From assembly GCA_030704615.1 (NCBI GenBank), contig CM060734.1, positions 38,316,001 through 38,380,000 of the forward strand: a stretch of DNA of 64,000 nucleotides, given 5' to 3'. The DNA comes from Takakia lepidozioides (Eukaryota; Plantae; Bryophyta). A model generated the notes under the pieces. It was not told where the DNA came from and made no database searches. It worked only from the letters and a program-made list of their open reading frames with translations. Below are positions 1 through 14,146 of this stretch, piece by piece (the first letter of the stretch is position 1; each line of letters begins with the position of its first letter). The position numbers and the translations under genes are program-made.

Positions 1-123
1 GCAGCAAGCCTACTTGTCCTCATCAGATTACTACTTCATGTGCTGTTGAGTAGCTTGTACCTGCTGCGGTACTCGTTCTTCATCCTTTTGTAAAGTCTAT
101 ACTTTTACTGTGTGTTTCCCCAG

Positions 124-3100
124 GATTATGCAAATTTTGTATGGTCAACCACAAGTTGAAGCTTTTGGCTAGTGATCCCCTGTTTAGAAGATTCTCAAAG
201 CCACAATTTGCACTATCCTCACCAGAGTCATAGGTGACAAAGCTCACAGTGCCACACTTTGCTTCTGTCTTGACAGTTGAGAAATAAAATAGAGATTAGT
301 GAAGCAAAGAGAGCAGTGCTCATGGGACTACATGTGATCAATAAAGAGCTCGAGTTACTTAAAATACTGCGAGTAGTACAGTTGTAACTATTTACAGGCA
401 TTCATGGAGAAGGTAATTTACAAACAGAGACAAAAGGCTGAGCTGGATAGAAGAGGTTTTTGAGGAAAGCAGCAGGCCACACCAAATACTGATACCCACT
501 ATAGAGTGTGGGATGAAGATTTATGCTGGGGTATACAGCTTTTTATGCGAGTAGCATGTAAGTCCATACTTTGGAAGCAGGACTTCTGGTTGCTGACACG
601 TGGAGGAAATTGCCATGGCTCTAAAGTGCAGATCTGGAAATCCATAGGCCCATTACCAGCCTCATACGTGTGGTACCTCCCATGGCTCTTCGTCTGCCAG
701 AAAGGATAAGTGTTGAAGAGCAGATCGGTAGCATTGCGAAGGGTGGACATGGTACGCTCATAGCAATCACACACTCATGCAGCGCAGTGGGAGCAGGAGT
801 GGAAGATAGAATCAGAGGGAGAGAAAGAAACTTGAAACTTTACAATAAAAGGAACAAGAAAGAAAATAATGTCCAGGCCTGAAAGAGACGGTGCTTAAGA
901 GTGTGTGAGAGAGAGAGGTAGGGAGAAAGAGAGAAAAGAAGAGGGCAAGAAGAAATTTATTAGAGACACAAAAAAGAAAAGAGTTTTAAGGGAGAGATTC
1001 TAGGCTCTAGTGAAGAGGTCTTCTAGTAAAGTTTGATGTGCGGTTCCTTCTTAGAACAGAAAAAAGGGGTACACTGAAGGGGACATGCCTCTCACTGGGA
1101 TTACTTTATCAACAAAAACTATGTGTGCATGCACCACATCCATGGTTGAACAAGGTCTGAAGAGTTCAAGTGAGGCAATGTCTTGGTGTAAGGGGGAGTG
1201 TAATTGACAGAGAGGGGGCCAGAAAGAGACAGGGTTAATGAATTTAACTGATCATGTCCAAAGCATTTGCCTTGAGGGATGTGAGAGAGCAGGAACCAAA
1301 AGTAAGATAGTTGATTATGGGGTACTTGCCGAGGCTTTAAGGCGACAAAGAGATCCAGACAAGTACAAGGAGGAAGCGAAGGCTGTCTTATCCATGGGAA
1401 TTCTTCATGATAATGCCCAGGTACTACTAATCGAACTCATTAAGTTTACTCCAAGGAGCTGGAGCATCACTAGAATTATCAGCATTATGAGGATCTTGGT
1501 TGACAGTGTCGACACAAAAAAATATCCGCATTGTCATCATTGTCCAATTTGCTGTGTTTTATTGGTCATAATTTTTATCTACTCTTCATCATCACCCAGT
1601 GACAAATAAGTTTGGAAAAGTCTTTCTGCTTATGAGATGACATTGATGACAGGATTATTCCAAGGCGGTGGACTGCTACCAAAGATACATGGGTTTGTGT
1701 ACTAAGATGGAAGATTATGATGGAGAGGCAATGGCCTTGAACTTCATGGGCTGTGCCATCCAAGAGTGTCAAGATTTGAAAAGTGCAACTTGCAGAGACA
1801 AGATTGTGCTTGCGGCAAGTGAGACTGGGTTATCAGATGTGGCAGTAGTTGAGGTACTTCCACTGGTCAGTTGTGTAGAATACTGACCTACTGACTGCAC
1901 ATCTGTCACCACAACAATGAGACCATAAGCCACCATAAACAAAGAGAGTAGCAGTAGTGGAAACTTCCCTGAAGTTGCTCAGATAAGCCAACCATGGAAA
2001 ATGTGGCATGGATTGCTACCCTAGCTGGTAAATGAGCCGGAATTAGCCATTGCAGCAGTTTACTTAGCAGCAAACTGAGTATCCTTGAATGTGGAATCTC
2101 ATATGTTGGATTTGAGTTTTTTCAAAAACAGTGTAACAGTGTACGATTATCACCTTTACCTTATAAGGAATATGAGGCATTCCACTCCAGTTGAGGTACG
2201 CGTTGTGTGTTATGCTGGAGTGCTGTCTTCCTAGTTTGTCCCTGCTAAGCCCACACTGATTGTATGACATTAGATTTCCTTTCACCCGATTGAAAATGCA
2301 GTATATGAAGGCAATAGAACTCCACAAGAAACATGCTCTGAAGGCGGATGTGGAGGGTAAGTTCATAGCGTACACCAATTTGGGGCTGCTGTCAGCAACC
2401 GTCTACGAGTGGGCTGATGCAGCTAAATTTCACAAGGTACAAGAGTAATGAAGATTGTTTCATCCTCTTTATTGCAACCGCTTTATTGAAAGATAGATAA
2501 TCCAAATCATTACCCTTCATGAGGGTTCTTAGAGGGATGCATAAATTTAATAGGACACTGATCAGGTACAAAGCAGTTAGGAAGGGTCTGCTTGTGATAC
2601 TCTATCTACTTGTTTGACTAAGCTTGTGGGATGTACAAACGCAGACTGCCTGACAGCTCGATCCCTGAACTGTGCAGAAAGCTTTGAAGTGCGCAACCTT
2701 CATGCAAAACCACCAAGACCAGTGTATTGCTGTGGGCAACTTGGGGTTTCTACTGTTCCGCCGTCGGAAAATGGTCGCAGCCAAGGCTTGCATAAGCAGG
2801 TCCTGAAAATTCTGAAACTGAGCCAATATTGACCCACTGGATTAGGGCTACATCGTCAACTTTGCTTCATGCCAGCTCTCAGTCTGCCCTTTCATCGTCA
2901 CAGTGACTGGAGTTGCACCCAGATCCACTGTGCCATTTTTGTTGTGACCTAGAGAAGCAGCGATTCATGCTTGCAGGATGATGTCCATCCTTGATTCCAA
3001 TGTCAAGTGGTGCATCTCTCCCCCCAGTCACTGGTAGGATACAATGGACTCCTGTGCTGTGTTTAGTCACACCCCTGGTCCTGCCAAGAGGCACTTCTCT

Positions 3101-4092
3101 TAGGGAGAATCATGTTTGAGGTTTTTTTATCGTTCAGTTTGCTCAGTGTCTTCCCCTCGTCTGAAGGGCATTGACCCTCAAGGGGCAGACACACACACAC
3201 ACACGCACAGAAAGAAAGTTCAAGGCCCTCCATTCTAACATCTTCCTTGCGACATGAGGCTCTCCACCTCAGAGATTGTTGGGACCCCATTTTTCTGTCT
3301 GATTGTTGGGACCCCATTTTCCCCATTTGCCATCGATGTTATAAAGTTCCTTCTCTCTCCGACAGCCCAGTGGTTGGGTGCTTGTGCCTTGCTTGTGTCT
3401 AACCAGGGCAATCCTTGGTTCAGTCCTTCAAAATGTTCCTTCAACTGTCCATTGGCCCCTAGATGGGCTGCTTTGAGCAGTAGGCTCTTAAAAAAACTTT
3501 CTTTCTTTCTTTATTTCTTTCTGCTTGCAAGCATCCACTCACACTCAGAATGCTTGCTGACCACCATCCAAATTCTTGGTACAGGTATCTACAGATCTGC
3601 CGCCTGCTGGGAGATATCAGGGGACTTGCAAGGGCACACTATACTCTTGGCAACATTGCTACCCAATTCAGAAAGTGCGTCACAATGTGAAGTAGATGTA
3701 GTAAAAGACATCTGCATTCAAAATATGTTTTGAGTGGACAAAACTCCAATTCTGAAACAAATTGACTTTTATCACTAGAAACAGACCTTCAATTCTCCCT
3801 CCAAAGTACTTCATAGTTTGTTAGGAGGAGGGAGGGGCAAGACCCCCAAATGTTACGCACATCTCTCTCTTTGGTTCGACTATCTGATGCTTGTCCTAGA
3901 GAGTGCAGGTTCAAAGATGCTGAAACGGAGTTCAAAGCAGCAATGAATGCAGCCAGGCAATATGCTGACAAGCAAATCGAGACTTTCTCAAAAGTGCAAA
4001 TTGGAATTTGTAGGGGTACTACGGAATATAATGCGCGGAAGGCAGCATTTGAAGATTTCAACCCCGATATCAGCATCTTCTCAAGTTACTGA
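124..4092 (+). CDS. Multi-exon tetratricopeptide-repeat protein (TTC28/TTC29-like); 5' end uncertain, may start upstream of the window
   Basis: GT-AG bounded exons give TPR helices: ~1263-1420 (..EEAKAVLSMGILHDNAQ), ~1664-1853 (AVDCYQRYMGLC..GEAMALNFMG), 2302-2436 (YMKAIELHKKH..AYTNLGLL), ~2698-2799 (KALKCA..IAVGNLGFLL), ~3585-3674 (YLQICRLLGDIRGLARAHYTLGNIA), 3909-4092 (FKDAETEFKAAMNAA..stop). Exons before 1263 are tentative. Confidence 0.7.
3361..3497 (+). mobile_element. tRNA-derived SINE-like element, family A, copy 1 (intron of TPR gene)
   Basis: A-box-like CAGCCCAGTGGTTGG, B-box-like GGTTCAGTCCT and an A-rich tail; similar over ~125 bp to the inverted copy at 12670-12803. Confidence 0.65.
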
Positions 4093-5141
4093 ACGTATGC
4101 CTACCAAGAAACATCAGTACACTTACTGGTCTCTTCCACAGGACAGGTTTGCAATCATCGGGAAACTCGAGCAAGACCCCCGTTTCTCATAGGACGGATG
4201 ATTCTGGAGACGAGAGAGAGAGACTGTTCTCATAAGACAATGTTTGCCGTGGCCTTCGGGCCATAGACCCTGTGCCTAGTTTAGGCAGAACACGAGAGAG
4301 AGAGAGAGGGAGAGAGAGACAGAGAAGACTCTGCCAAAGCCAACGTAATTTAGAGCCACGTCCCTGGGGCCTCACTTTTGTGGAGGCTACACTCTATGAA
4401 GTTTGCAACAATCTTCAGCCCAAAGACGTCAGACTGTAGACACAGCACACAACCAGCAAAGCCGTATCACCATGCATTGAGGCAACAACCATGCCAACAC
4501 CTGTGCCTGTAATAAGAAAGATGGGTTGAATGAAGGACCAACAGCTCAGTAGAGTTGAGGTACACAACTAACCAGCAGTCCAATATCCGATTAATGGATG
4601 ATTAATGAAGAGTTTTTAGCACGACTGTGACCAGTGTAACTACTAACTTTATAAATCTTCTTATAATATTCTATGTAACCAGCAATGAATGCAGCAACAA
4701 GGCCATAGAGCTGCAACAACATTAGTATTAGTGGAGCCCCAAATGCAGCTCAGGTTGGATATCAATCTGAAAGTCATCCACTTCATCGGACATTGCTGAA
4801 CCAAACTGCTCATAGCCATGTCGTCCTAGAGGTTGCGTTCACTCTCAAAATTGACCACTAACTCTGAACATGGCGGTACCTGTATGCCTGGTTGAAATGT
4901 GACTCCTTTGTATCCAAAACCCAATCGCTGTTTTCGTGGCTCCCTCTTGTGTAGCACCATTACTGGAATTTCTATGATTTAATGCAGATGAAGTGCCTAC
5001 AACAGGCAGAGTAAACATGAGGCAAAATCCTTGTACGAACATTGGATTACAAAGGGAGGAGAGCAGGAGGTAACAAGGATATATAGGTACACAGTTTGAC
5101 ATGAACATGAACATGCCTGTCAAACAAGGGATTCAGTTCAT

Positions 5142-8100
5142 CTAGCAATCAAGTTGAGGGAGCGGCCCAAATGTCCAGGTACAGCCCCGGTTATCCCCCT
5201 TTGGTTCTTGAAATTGGAGCAGGTGAGTATGGAAACGGCGAAGGCTGCTGCGATGGCCCACGCTGATGTATGTCACACCTGCCCCTTGTATTTCTTCGTA
5301 TAATCGGATCTGCACATGAAGGCAACCAAAGTTCCATCAGAGCTGTTTACCTGAGTCTCAGTCTCCATCACGACCGTGTATGTCTTCCTTATCAAAGTTT
5401 CAGTTCTGTTTATCCAATACATGAAGAGTGGAGTTGTCCTGATGACAGTGTACCCATGAATACGCTTTCCTGCACAGGCTGTGACACCACCTGTTAAATG
5501 ATAGTTTCAGTGGCCGTGCCCCTTTAAGTTCCAGTGGTGCCCACATCTGCCCAACCCCACTTTGACCCAACTTTCCTTTAATCTCTGTCCTTCTCTGCCC
5601 CAAAAAATTCACTGATAAAGCCTAATGATTGACTAGTACCTCATTGTCTTCATCAAGGGCACTGGTGGATTCATCCATGAGAGCTAGACGAGGCTGTGAT
5701 AAGAGTAGGCGTGCAAATGCTAGGCGCTGTTGCTCCCCAAGTGACAGCACACTTGCCCATTCAACTGTGGAATCCAAACCATCGCAGCGGTCCATCAAAT
5801 GCCCCAATCGCACACGCTCCAGTACGTCTCCGAGCTCATTGTCATTGGGGGCAAGACTCTGGGTGGTTGCTGACCTCGGATGGTGGGTACTTACTCCTGA
5901 AAGGAAGGGTAGAGAACCTGGCAATAGCAAGGAAGTCAGTAGAATTACAGAAACCCCTGGAAGCTGCTATGAGAGGCAACAGCATGGAGGTCATCCCTTC
6001 CCCATCTTTTCTCTTCCCATATGTCACACACAAACAAACACCTGTATTCGCGGGCACTGGACAATCGCCCAAGAATGGCAAGGCAAACCACAAGAAGACC
6101 CAAATAGTAGGCCAAAAGAGGCGGAAGCCTCAGTGTCCCAGACACCGTCTGACACCAGCACCTTTTCCCCTAGTACCTCACTCTCTTTACCTTCTACAAA
6201 CACACAGAGCAAAAGTGAATACCATTGGTTCCAAAAGAATCGGCACTCGCATCAATCACTTCTTCATTCCACGTAGGGTACAGAAGCTGCTGCCGGAGTG
6301 TGCCAAGAACCATGTAAGGCCGCTGTGGCAAGAAAAATACCTTTCCACCCAAGTCCATGCTCTCAGACTTCTCCACCAAGGCCCCATTCTTCTCTTTTTC
6401 AAACTCATCTCCCTGATGTCATAGCATGAAAATGTTGAACATGACACAGTGTACAGGTGTCATCAAAATGCTAGATTTAGAAGCCCATGCATACAAAGGA
6501 CAAAAAGGTGAGGAAGACATCATGAGATTACAGAGATTCATTCAATTAGACAGGTGTCAAAGGTTTCAATTAGACAACACCATGTGGCCTCAGGCTGAAA
6601 CCTGTCTTTGCAATCAATCATTGTCTCACTGCCAGCTTTACCTCAAAAGATACTGAAACACAGCATATAGAGATTTCCTTCCCATAGGTCCTGATTGAGC
6701 CCACCTAGCTACTTACAATCCCACCATCCTAAATAGCACATACCATATAGCTGCTTGCTTCAATCCACGAGTTAGACAATGTTCAGTTCATTACCTGCAA
6801 GACACGATCATTGACAGAGAGTACTACGTCATGGATTGTAGTAGTGTCACCATCGCTCACTGCTCCATCTCTTTCTCTTTCACCATCTTCAAACCCTACG
6901 TAGCGCTTGATACTGCCCTTGCCTGACCGCCATAGCCCGGCAATTGCCCTGAGTAGCGACGTTTTTCCACTCCCACTCGCGCCCATTATCTGTCCATATG
7001 AGAGTACGGGGAAAGTCACTACGAAACTCTTATCTCAAGTTACAGTGGGAGTGATCTTTTAAGAACCACTCTTGACCAGTTATGCACCAAGTTAGGAAAG
7101 GACTAGAGTCGACCCTAATCCACTCTTAAGATAACTCAGACTTCTGTATGAGTTTCCTGGAGAAAAGAGAGGGACAGACAGATTTCACTGCTGCTCACCA
7201 GCAAGTGCTGCCCTTCATTGATGACAATGGAGAGATCCTCCACTAAAGTCATTGTATATTGAGGGGTCTTCAGTGTGAGGTGTTCTAGTCTCAAAAGAGG
7301 ATGGCCACCCTCTTGCTCAGCACCTTTCGTATCCAGAATGTCAATTAAAGCGATTCTTGATTGGGTTGTGGGCCCAGGTTCAAAAGTAGTGGTCAATCCA
7401 GTAACTGGCATAGCTTCTGAAACAGCAGCCTCTCTGCCCTGAAGCCCGGTTTGAGAGAGGGCGTTTTGTTGGTCCAAAATGTCACTGAACTCCCCTGGGG
7501 AAGACAGAGAACAATATCCAGCTTAGACATAATCTCTTTTGTCTCTCTCAAGGAACTACATCCACAAGAAGGCATTCCCCTCACAGCAGGAAAAATCATA
7601 CAGAGTTTCACCTAGGCGATCAACAACAGCTGAGAAAGCACTGATTGACTGAAATTGGTAGACAACGATGGAGAAATCGCTCAAAATGTGGTTGAATGCA
7701 GAAAAAGATTGGTTGATCACTCCAAATTCGATTTTGCCCGCAAAGTACAGGGGGGCCACCACTGCCGCAGGCAACAGCTGGATGAGATAGCGATACCCGC
7801 TCGTGAAAAAATCCAGATTCCTTGAAGCTATGAGGAGTTGCTGCATCCCAACCAGACATCACACTAAATCCTCCTTTACAGTGTCCAAGGAAAAAAGAGA
7901 GACACAGAGAGATGGATGGGATGATAAAGGAAAGCTGGATTTCACAACTGTGACAAAGTGCATCAGGTAGAACCCAATGCCTGAAAAAGGTAAACTAGTA
8001 AGAAGAAGTGGACCATACACTGTAGTTCTTAAACGACTGCTTGAAACGCTGGAGAAGGAGCTGAATTTCGCTGCTTTCTCCCCCGTAGAATGCAATGGAC

Positions 8101-10850
8101 TCTGCATTTTCACGCACTCGCACTAAGCCATATCGGAAGTCAGCCTCCCTTTTCTCCTGCATGAAGTTGAGGCCTACTAGACTCTGCAATTCCATACATT
8201 CCTCATACATCTCAGCCTCAAGATACAACTACTGCAAGGAAGTCGTACAGAAGATTTTGCCAAAAGACTCTGTGTCAGTAACAGTGCTTCTGAATAGAAA
8301 GACAATTACCTTGCCTAAGGCCACACTGATCGCAGTGCCTCCCACTGAATAGATGACTAACACCACAAACAATGGTGGATATATCCCATAAAGAATGCCA
8401 CTGAAGGAAATGAGATCAATTGTAGCATTGAATAGAGCCAAGGCAAACCCCAGAGCAGTCCCGGTAAAACTGTTTAAATCGTCCACAATACGCTGATCAG
8501 GGTTATCAATAAGTGATTGAGATTGAATGTTGTAGAACGTGCGGTTTTCAAAATAGCGGCCCATGTAGTAGCTTGTCATCCAACCCCGCCACCGCAGAGC
8601 CAATTTGTCTCTATTGTAATCTCGCAGCACAAACACCTGCAAAATCAAGGCCAGCCTCAAAACAGTAGTCTATTGTTTTCCACTAGATCATGTGAAAATA
8701 CCAAACCTCATCTCCAGATTGCAACTCCTTGAGAATTAACAAGACCCAAACTCTATAAATTCAACCACTGGCCCTGTTACGCAGACATCCTCAAATGGAA
8801 TTCAAAACTGCTAGCCACCCAAAAGTCTGTAACCAGCCTTTTAGCTGGGTGTGTGCATCATGGTTCCAGAAGAAGCATAGCAGGTACTACAAACAAGGAC
8901 ACAACATCGCACCATTTGTTTGTCGACATTCGATGTACAATACGAGTGGACATTACTTTATTTGTGTGCTCCTTAGTAGCTTACGAGAGGGGTGCTGTCG
9001 ACTCAGGACACCACGTTCGTCTCGTGAGAAGTCTCCAGATAGTGGGAGGAGAATCCAGCGGAGAGAGAGGGGCTTTCAAGTTCAGAAGGGTTGAGGGTTT
9101 AGGGGTGAGGGTTGCCACTGTCTAGCAAGATGTGATAACGAAACTCAATTAGCTGTTGATCTTGGTGATCCTGAAAGTTCTCTGCAGAAAATGTTAGGAG
9201 GGGGCTCTTTCATTGGGCCCCATTTAACTTCAAATGCATTGAGAAGCTTAAAATTCAGATAAAATTGGGCTCCAACGAACTCATAACAAGTTAAATCTGG
9301 GTTCTGCACCGAGTTTGGTTCACACTTTGCTTGCCAACTATCCCTGACTCCAATTAAAAAGTCTATCACAGTACAGGCAAGGCTATTTGACAGCCACCAA
9401 AAACATTGTTCAATTTTGATGCCATCTGGTGACTTCACTAAGAATATAATGACTACACACACAAGCGCAGCATGGGAGCTCACTGGAATGCCACCAATGA
9501 ATGCCCCCAGATAGTACGTCAACTGCCTCTGGAACTGCTCCTGGTCCTTACCTGAGAAGCCACCCAGAAGATCCTTTAGGAAATATCTAATGCACGAGAC
9601 AAGGTTTTCTAGTAAGAACAGAAGTCTAGATCCTGTTTCTATTCATAAGACATTGCTGCGAGGTTTTGCGACTCCCGCGAGTCAGCTCTTGGGAACCTTC
9701 ACATGGCAACTAGGAAGAACAGACGTAACAACTAGAATTGGCTTAGGAGTTCATGGGGACTGAGATATCAATAAATTGAGAATAGGGATGTCACCGTCTT
9801 CGAGAGATTCCTGGGAAACACATTACTCAAGATCTTCTGTCATAGCTAAGACCCTCGGTGATGACACGGCTGTAACACTTACTCACTTGCAAGAGCATTG
9901 TAGAAGTCTCTTCCAAGAAAATTGAAGCCAACACTAATGCCAGTGGTAGCCAGAGTGAGTGCAAAAACTCCCGCCAACCGCAGTCGCGCTTGAACTTTAT
10001 CTTCCGAGCTCCAGTAGGGAGCTGCCACCTTCCAGAACCTCCGGAGAAGAGTCCCTATGTCTGAGCTAAGTCTCTGTATCCAGAGTTACCCAACATATGT
10101 CGAATCAAATCACATAGCCAGGACTGACTTGAAAACAGCGATGCCATTTCTATCCGCATTCTTAAAATTGTTATGCCTTGGGATGCTCAATCATGCAATC
10201 GACAAGCGTCACAATTGAAACTTGATGCCAGCTACCAAGCTTCAAAAATGGTGGGAGATACGTCCCAAGACCCCAAATTGTCATAGCAGACATGATAAAC
10301 CCAGTATGAAAGTGACGAAAAAACAATCGACCTTCTGTTCCGATGGAGGCTGGAAGTTTGCAATGCAACCATCAGGCAATACACAACCATCTCCAAAAGT
10401 CGAAGGATCATTAGTCTCGCGTCGGGGTGCCCCGTTCGGTACTTTGAAAGGAGCGCTGGAATCAACCAACTGCCCCGCATTTCCTTTCCCTTCATCACTC
10501 TTCAAAGACTCCGAATCCGAGGAGCTCGCCCAAGTCCATCTCCGCCGCCGGACTCTAGAGATGGAGATCTTAGAAGGAAGCGGATGATGCCTAACCAGGA
10601 AACCAAGACTCGTTGATGTAGCCAAGAATTCTGAGGAAATGTGTGAACATTTCCCTTTCTTATTAATGCAAGAGGACGAATTGCCTACATTAATTTTTCG
10701 GAAGCTGCAGCTATGAACTCTGGAACGCAATTGTGAACTTATGATTCTGTCATACATGATGGGAACAGCAAGCATTTTCGAACCCCTCCCATCCTTCTCA
10801 AGAAAAGAAGTCGAATTCCACGCAGACCGTCTAAGAACATCCACGTTCAT
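5142..10850 (-). CDS. ABCD2: ABC transporter D family half-transporter, plastid type (ABCD2-like), about 11 exons
   Basis: Ser/Arg-rich transit-peptide-like exon 10850-10443; RRFWKVAAPYW..FNFLGRDFYNAL; DNPDQRIVDD; EAA-type motif EADFRYGLVRVRENAESIAFYGGE; Walker A GASGSGKTS (~6960-6990); FLPQRPYM; signature LSLGEQQRLAFAR; Walker B LMDESTSALD; last exon ISVGHR..QLDC with stop at 5142-5144. Confidence 0.93.
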
Positions 10851-11189
10851 GACTGAAAAATTGATGCAGTCCTCGACTTCACATCAATCGATCAATCAAT
10901 TTATAGCTCTTCTCTCACAGCCTCGCCACTCCTCCCTTCCTCTCTCTCTTCCAACAGAAAGCTATGGCGGATCACTGCACTCTCCAACAGATAAAACCGC
11001 ACGTGGCGGTCTTTCACTGCCTCCACGTGCTGCCTGAAAGATGGATGAACTTCACACGGACTGGATGGATGATCTGCCATCGTGGAACTACAACCTTGAC
11101 ATGGAAAACAAACAAGCACGTGGCGATTGTCCACTGGTTCCAGTTGTCAATATACTGTTGCCTGAAATGTGATATTACAATGTTGGCAT

Positions 11190-11760
11190 TTACAATCGGC
11201 TATGGGTATGACTCCAATAAAGAATAAACCAAGGACGGGTTGGGATGTCAATCAAATTGGGTTGGCCCCACCATCTGCCAATCAGCATGTGGCTATTCAA
11301 TGGTCTGACCAACCTCCTCAGATTCGGCAACCCTGGAGACCAACCCGCGGCCCCAGAGCTGGTACCAGCCGGCCAATCAACCCACTCGACAGCAAGTGCG
11401 GGGAATATCACCTCAGGGAGCCTATGGTCAAACCTATGGGGGTGGAGGAGGCCAACAGCACTAGATGTATCCACAACAGACCAATGCTCCTTATCGGCCA
11501 CCTGCTCGACGATTGAGGAATGGTCAATATCTTGTTTGCTATCGTTGCCATGAGATTGGACATATTGCCAGCGAATGCCCTAATCCGAAAGCCCCAGTTG
11601 ATTATATCCCACTTTGTGGGCGTTGTGGAGGTTAGGGACATACTGCTGAACAATGTGAGAGTCCATACCCCCAAAATCCCATCCATCAGCAAACTTCATC
11701 AATCCCTACACCTCCGGGGTCAGGGTCACTTCAGGCCCGTCACATTCTTTTGGAAATAGT
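11190..11760 (-). pseudogene. Possible decayed retroelement RNase H-like fragment (DIRS-like); weak
   Basis: Scattered minus-strand peptides across frames (DGWDFGG, YNQLGL, SNLMATIANKIL, QVADKE, FDHRLP..AVEWVDW) loosely follow DIRS RNase H motif order; many stops and frameshifts. Confidence 0.25.
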
Positions 11761-12669
11761 AATACCAATCGAGTTGTGAATCGAGTAACAGTACAAGCAT
11801 GTGGGAGTGATATGAATTTGGCTGATAAGATAGCCACTTTGAAAGGCAAAGGCAAGACGGAAGCAGCCGATGCCCCTTTGCAATCTTATTATTTTAATGC
11901 TGAGTCAGATAATCCCATGGTTAAAGCAGTTACCACCAAAGCTCGTAAGCTATTACCGATGGACCCTATCGTGGAAGATTTTGCCTTAAAAACCCCCGAT
12001 AGCATGAATTCCAAGCCAATCGAGGAGGTACAACGATCTTTGCCCATTATGTCCGATATTCATCGGATACCAACGATGATATCGCCTAGTTTGGTTGTCC
12101 ATCCACCTTCCACTATCGTGGACTCTATCGACCCGGATCTTGTCATCTCAGTTGCGATACCCCAACCCAGAACGGAGCCAGTCCAGCCGAGAAATAGAGG
12201 GAAGTATACTGGTCCGAAAATGGGTAATGGCAAGATAGGACATCCCAAGATGGATGAACTTTATAAAGGCATTTTAAATAGTGGAAAGTCGTCGTTACAT
12301 CTAGCACCGAGAGAGAAGAGATGGATGAATGAGAGGTGAGATGAAAAGCTGGCGGGGTGAGGACAAAGATAGCCGTTTAATTTAAAGAAGGACAAAAAAG
12401 TGATAACTCCAAAAATAACGACTAGTTATTTAAAACACGCACAAGTACCCCCCTGACACCTCACACATGCTCTTTACCGTCTCCTCCTCTCTCCCTGCCT
12501 GCCATTCCGCTTTGCCAGACTGTTGCCTGCCGCATCATGCCTGCACCATTCGCTGCTGTGTTCACGTTGCAATCAAGCCTGGATTTACTGGCATGTGGTG
12601 CTTACAATGTTACAGAGCGACGAGAGAGATAAAAGTTAAAAGATAAAGATTCTTTAACGTCCAGTGAAT

Positions 12670-12803
12670 TTACTGCTCAACACACATGCCATCGAGGGCC
12701 CAATGGACGGTCTGAAGGCACATGTTGAAGGATTGAACCCAGGATCACCTAGGTTATGCACAGGCAAGGCACAAACACCCAACCACTGGGCTACCCGCTC
12801 AAG
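12670..12803 (-). mobile_element. tRNA-derived SINE-like element, family A, copy 2
   Basis: Reverse strand reads GGGTAGCCCAGTGGTTGGG (A box)..GGGTTCAATCCT (B box)..GTCCATTGGGCCCTCGATGG..GAGCAGTA, matching 3361-3482. Confidence 0.7.
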
Positions 12804-14146
12804 TGAAAGAGTTTGATCTACATTATTGCGGTGGGCAGAGTGCGTGAATGAACTTGCAAACCTGTATACAACTCCAGTTGCAAGGGTCGAGAGAGACACA
12901 TTCAGTTATGGCTGTGGGATTTGCAAACTATAGTCCAGCATATGAGACTCTCATGGGTTCCTGGACTCAGTATGCGAAATATGTTTAAAGCTAAGAGGTC
13001 ACGTTGCATCTTCATTTTCATATACATGTGCCAGTACATTTTTGTAGAAGTACCTTCAAACTCGAATCCTCAAGCATGAATATTCATGGACGCAAAACTT
13101 TTATTTCTCAGTCTGGCTCTTCCAGTTTAATGATCGAATTGATATATCTTTCATGGCTTTGCATCATCATCAAAAGCTCAATTCCCTGTGGAAATTTTCT
13201 GACATAGAGATCTGTAGTCTGTACCCAGTCCTTTCTTTCTAAAGGGGTCTGTACCAGAACCCTCCTTGTAAGGAAGGCCCTAAGCTTAAAGCTTCATTCA
13301 ATCCTACGATGATACAGGATGCAGCACTGTGATAGATAACATCCTTACAAGAACGAAGTAGATAACTGAGTACATTGACGACAGCTGTTGTGAGGTCAAC
13401 ATTCTCGACAAGCTTTATGTCGATCAGTTCCATTCACCTCCATGTCGTTGGGTCCCAACAACGTTGTGTGAACAGTAATACCTGCGTAGTATCATGCAGA
13501 ATGCGCATGGATAATAGAGCGTCTCGTTCAGAAGACCACCCACTTCTCTGCACATGAGTAAATGGTATTCTCCCCCAAGTACACAGGTTCGGCGCATGGA
13601 TGCTCCTCTTCAACGGAGTGAGCTAAAGTCGAGAGTGCGCTCTTACTTTGAACTTCAGCCTTACCCCCGAAATGTAATGTGCGTGCATGCGTGTTTCAGT
13701 GTGGAAAGATGTCAATACCTGTTCTTTGTCTCTTGACAACCCGAAAGAGATGCAGGAAAGGAAAAAGAGAAACAGTCTGGCATATCAACACACTGAAAAA
13801 GGAGATATCTTGGGAAAAATCAAGAGGCAAAACTAAAGAATCCAAGAAACACTTCTATTACTTCAGTAATCGCATTTCAATAAATGCCAAAGCACATGGG
13901 AGCTCAGGCTATTTGTGTTCCAAAGGAAACAAAGAATCGCTAAACACTATGGTACAATCACACTTTCATGGTCTGCAGATCTCTGGGACCTCCCTCCAAC
14001 ATCGCCTCGTCCCCCTTGCAGACGACAATATCCATACAAAGCTTCAGGGGAACACCAACCCCTTTCTTGCTTCCTGATTGCCTCTGCTGCAAGTACTGAT
14101 TCAAATGACCCAACTTTGTCGACCCGGAGATCGAAATGCCACCACT

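Noticed and set aside
4190-4330. Retroposon 3'-end-like pieces (CATAAGAC near GA-rich runs), also ~9640 and ~58630
   Set aside because: Similarity is too short to define an element by eye.
5629-6424. Long plus-strand ORFs (215 and 242 aa), and antisense ORFs over the PPR and DOK1 genes
   Set aside because: Shadows of real genes on the opposite strand with no recognisable motifs.
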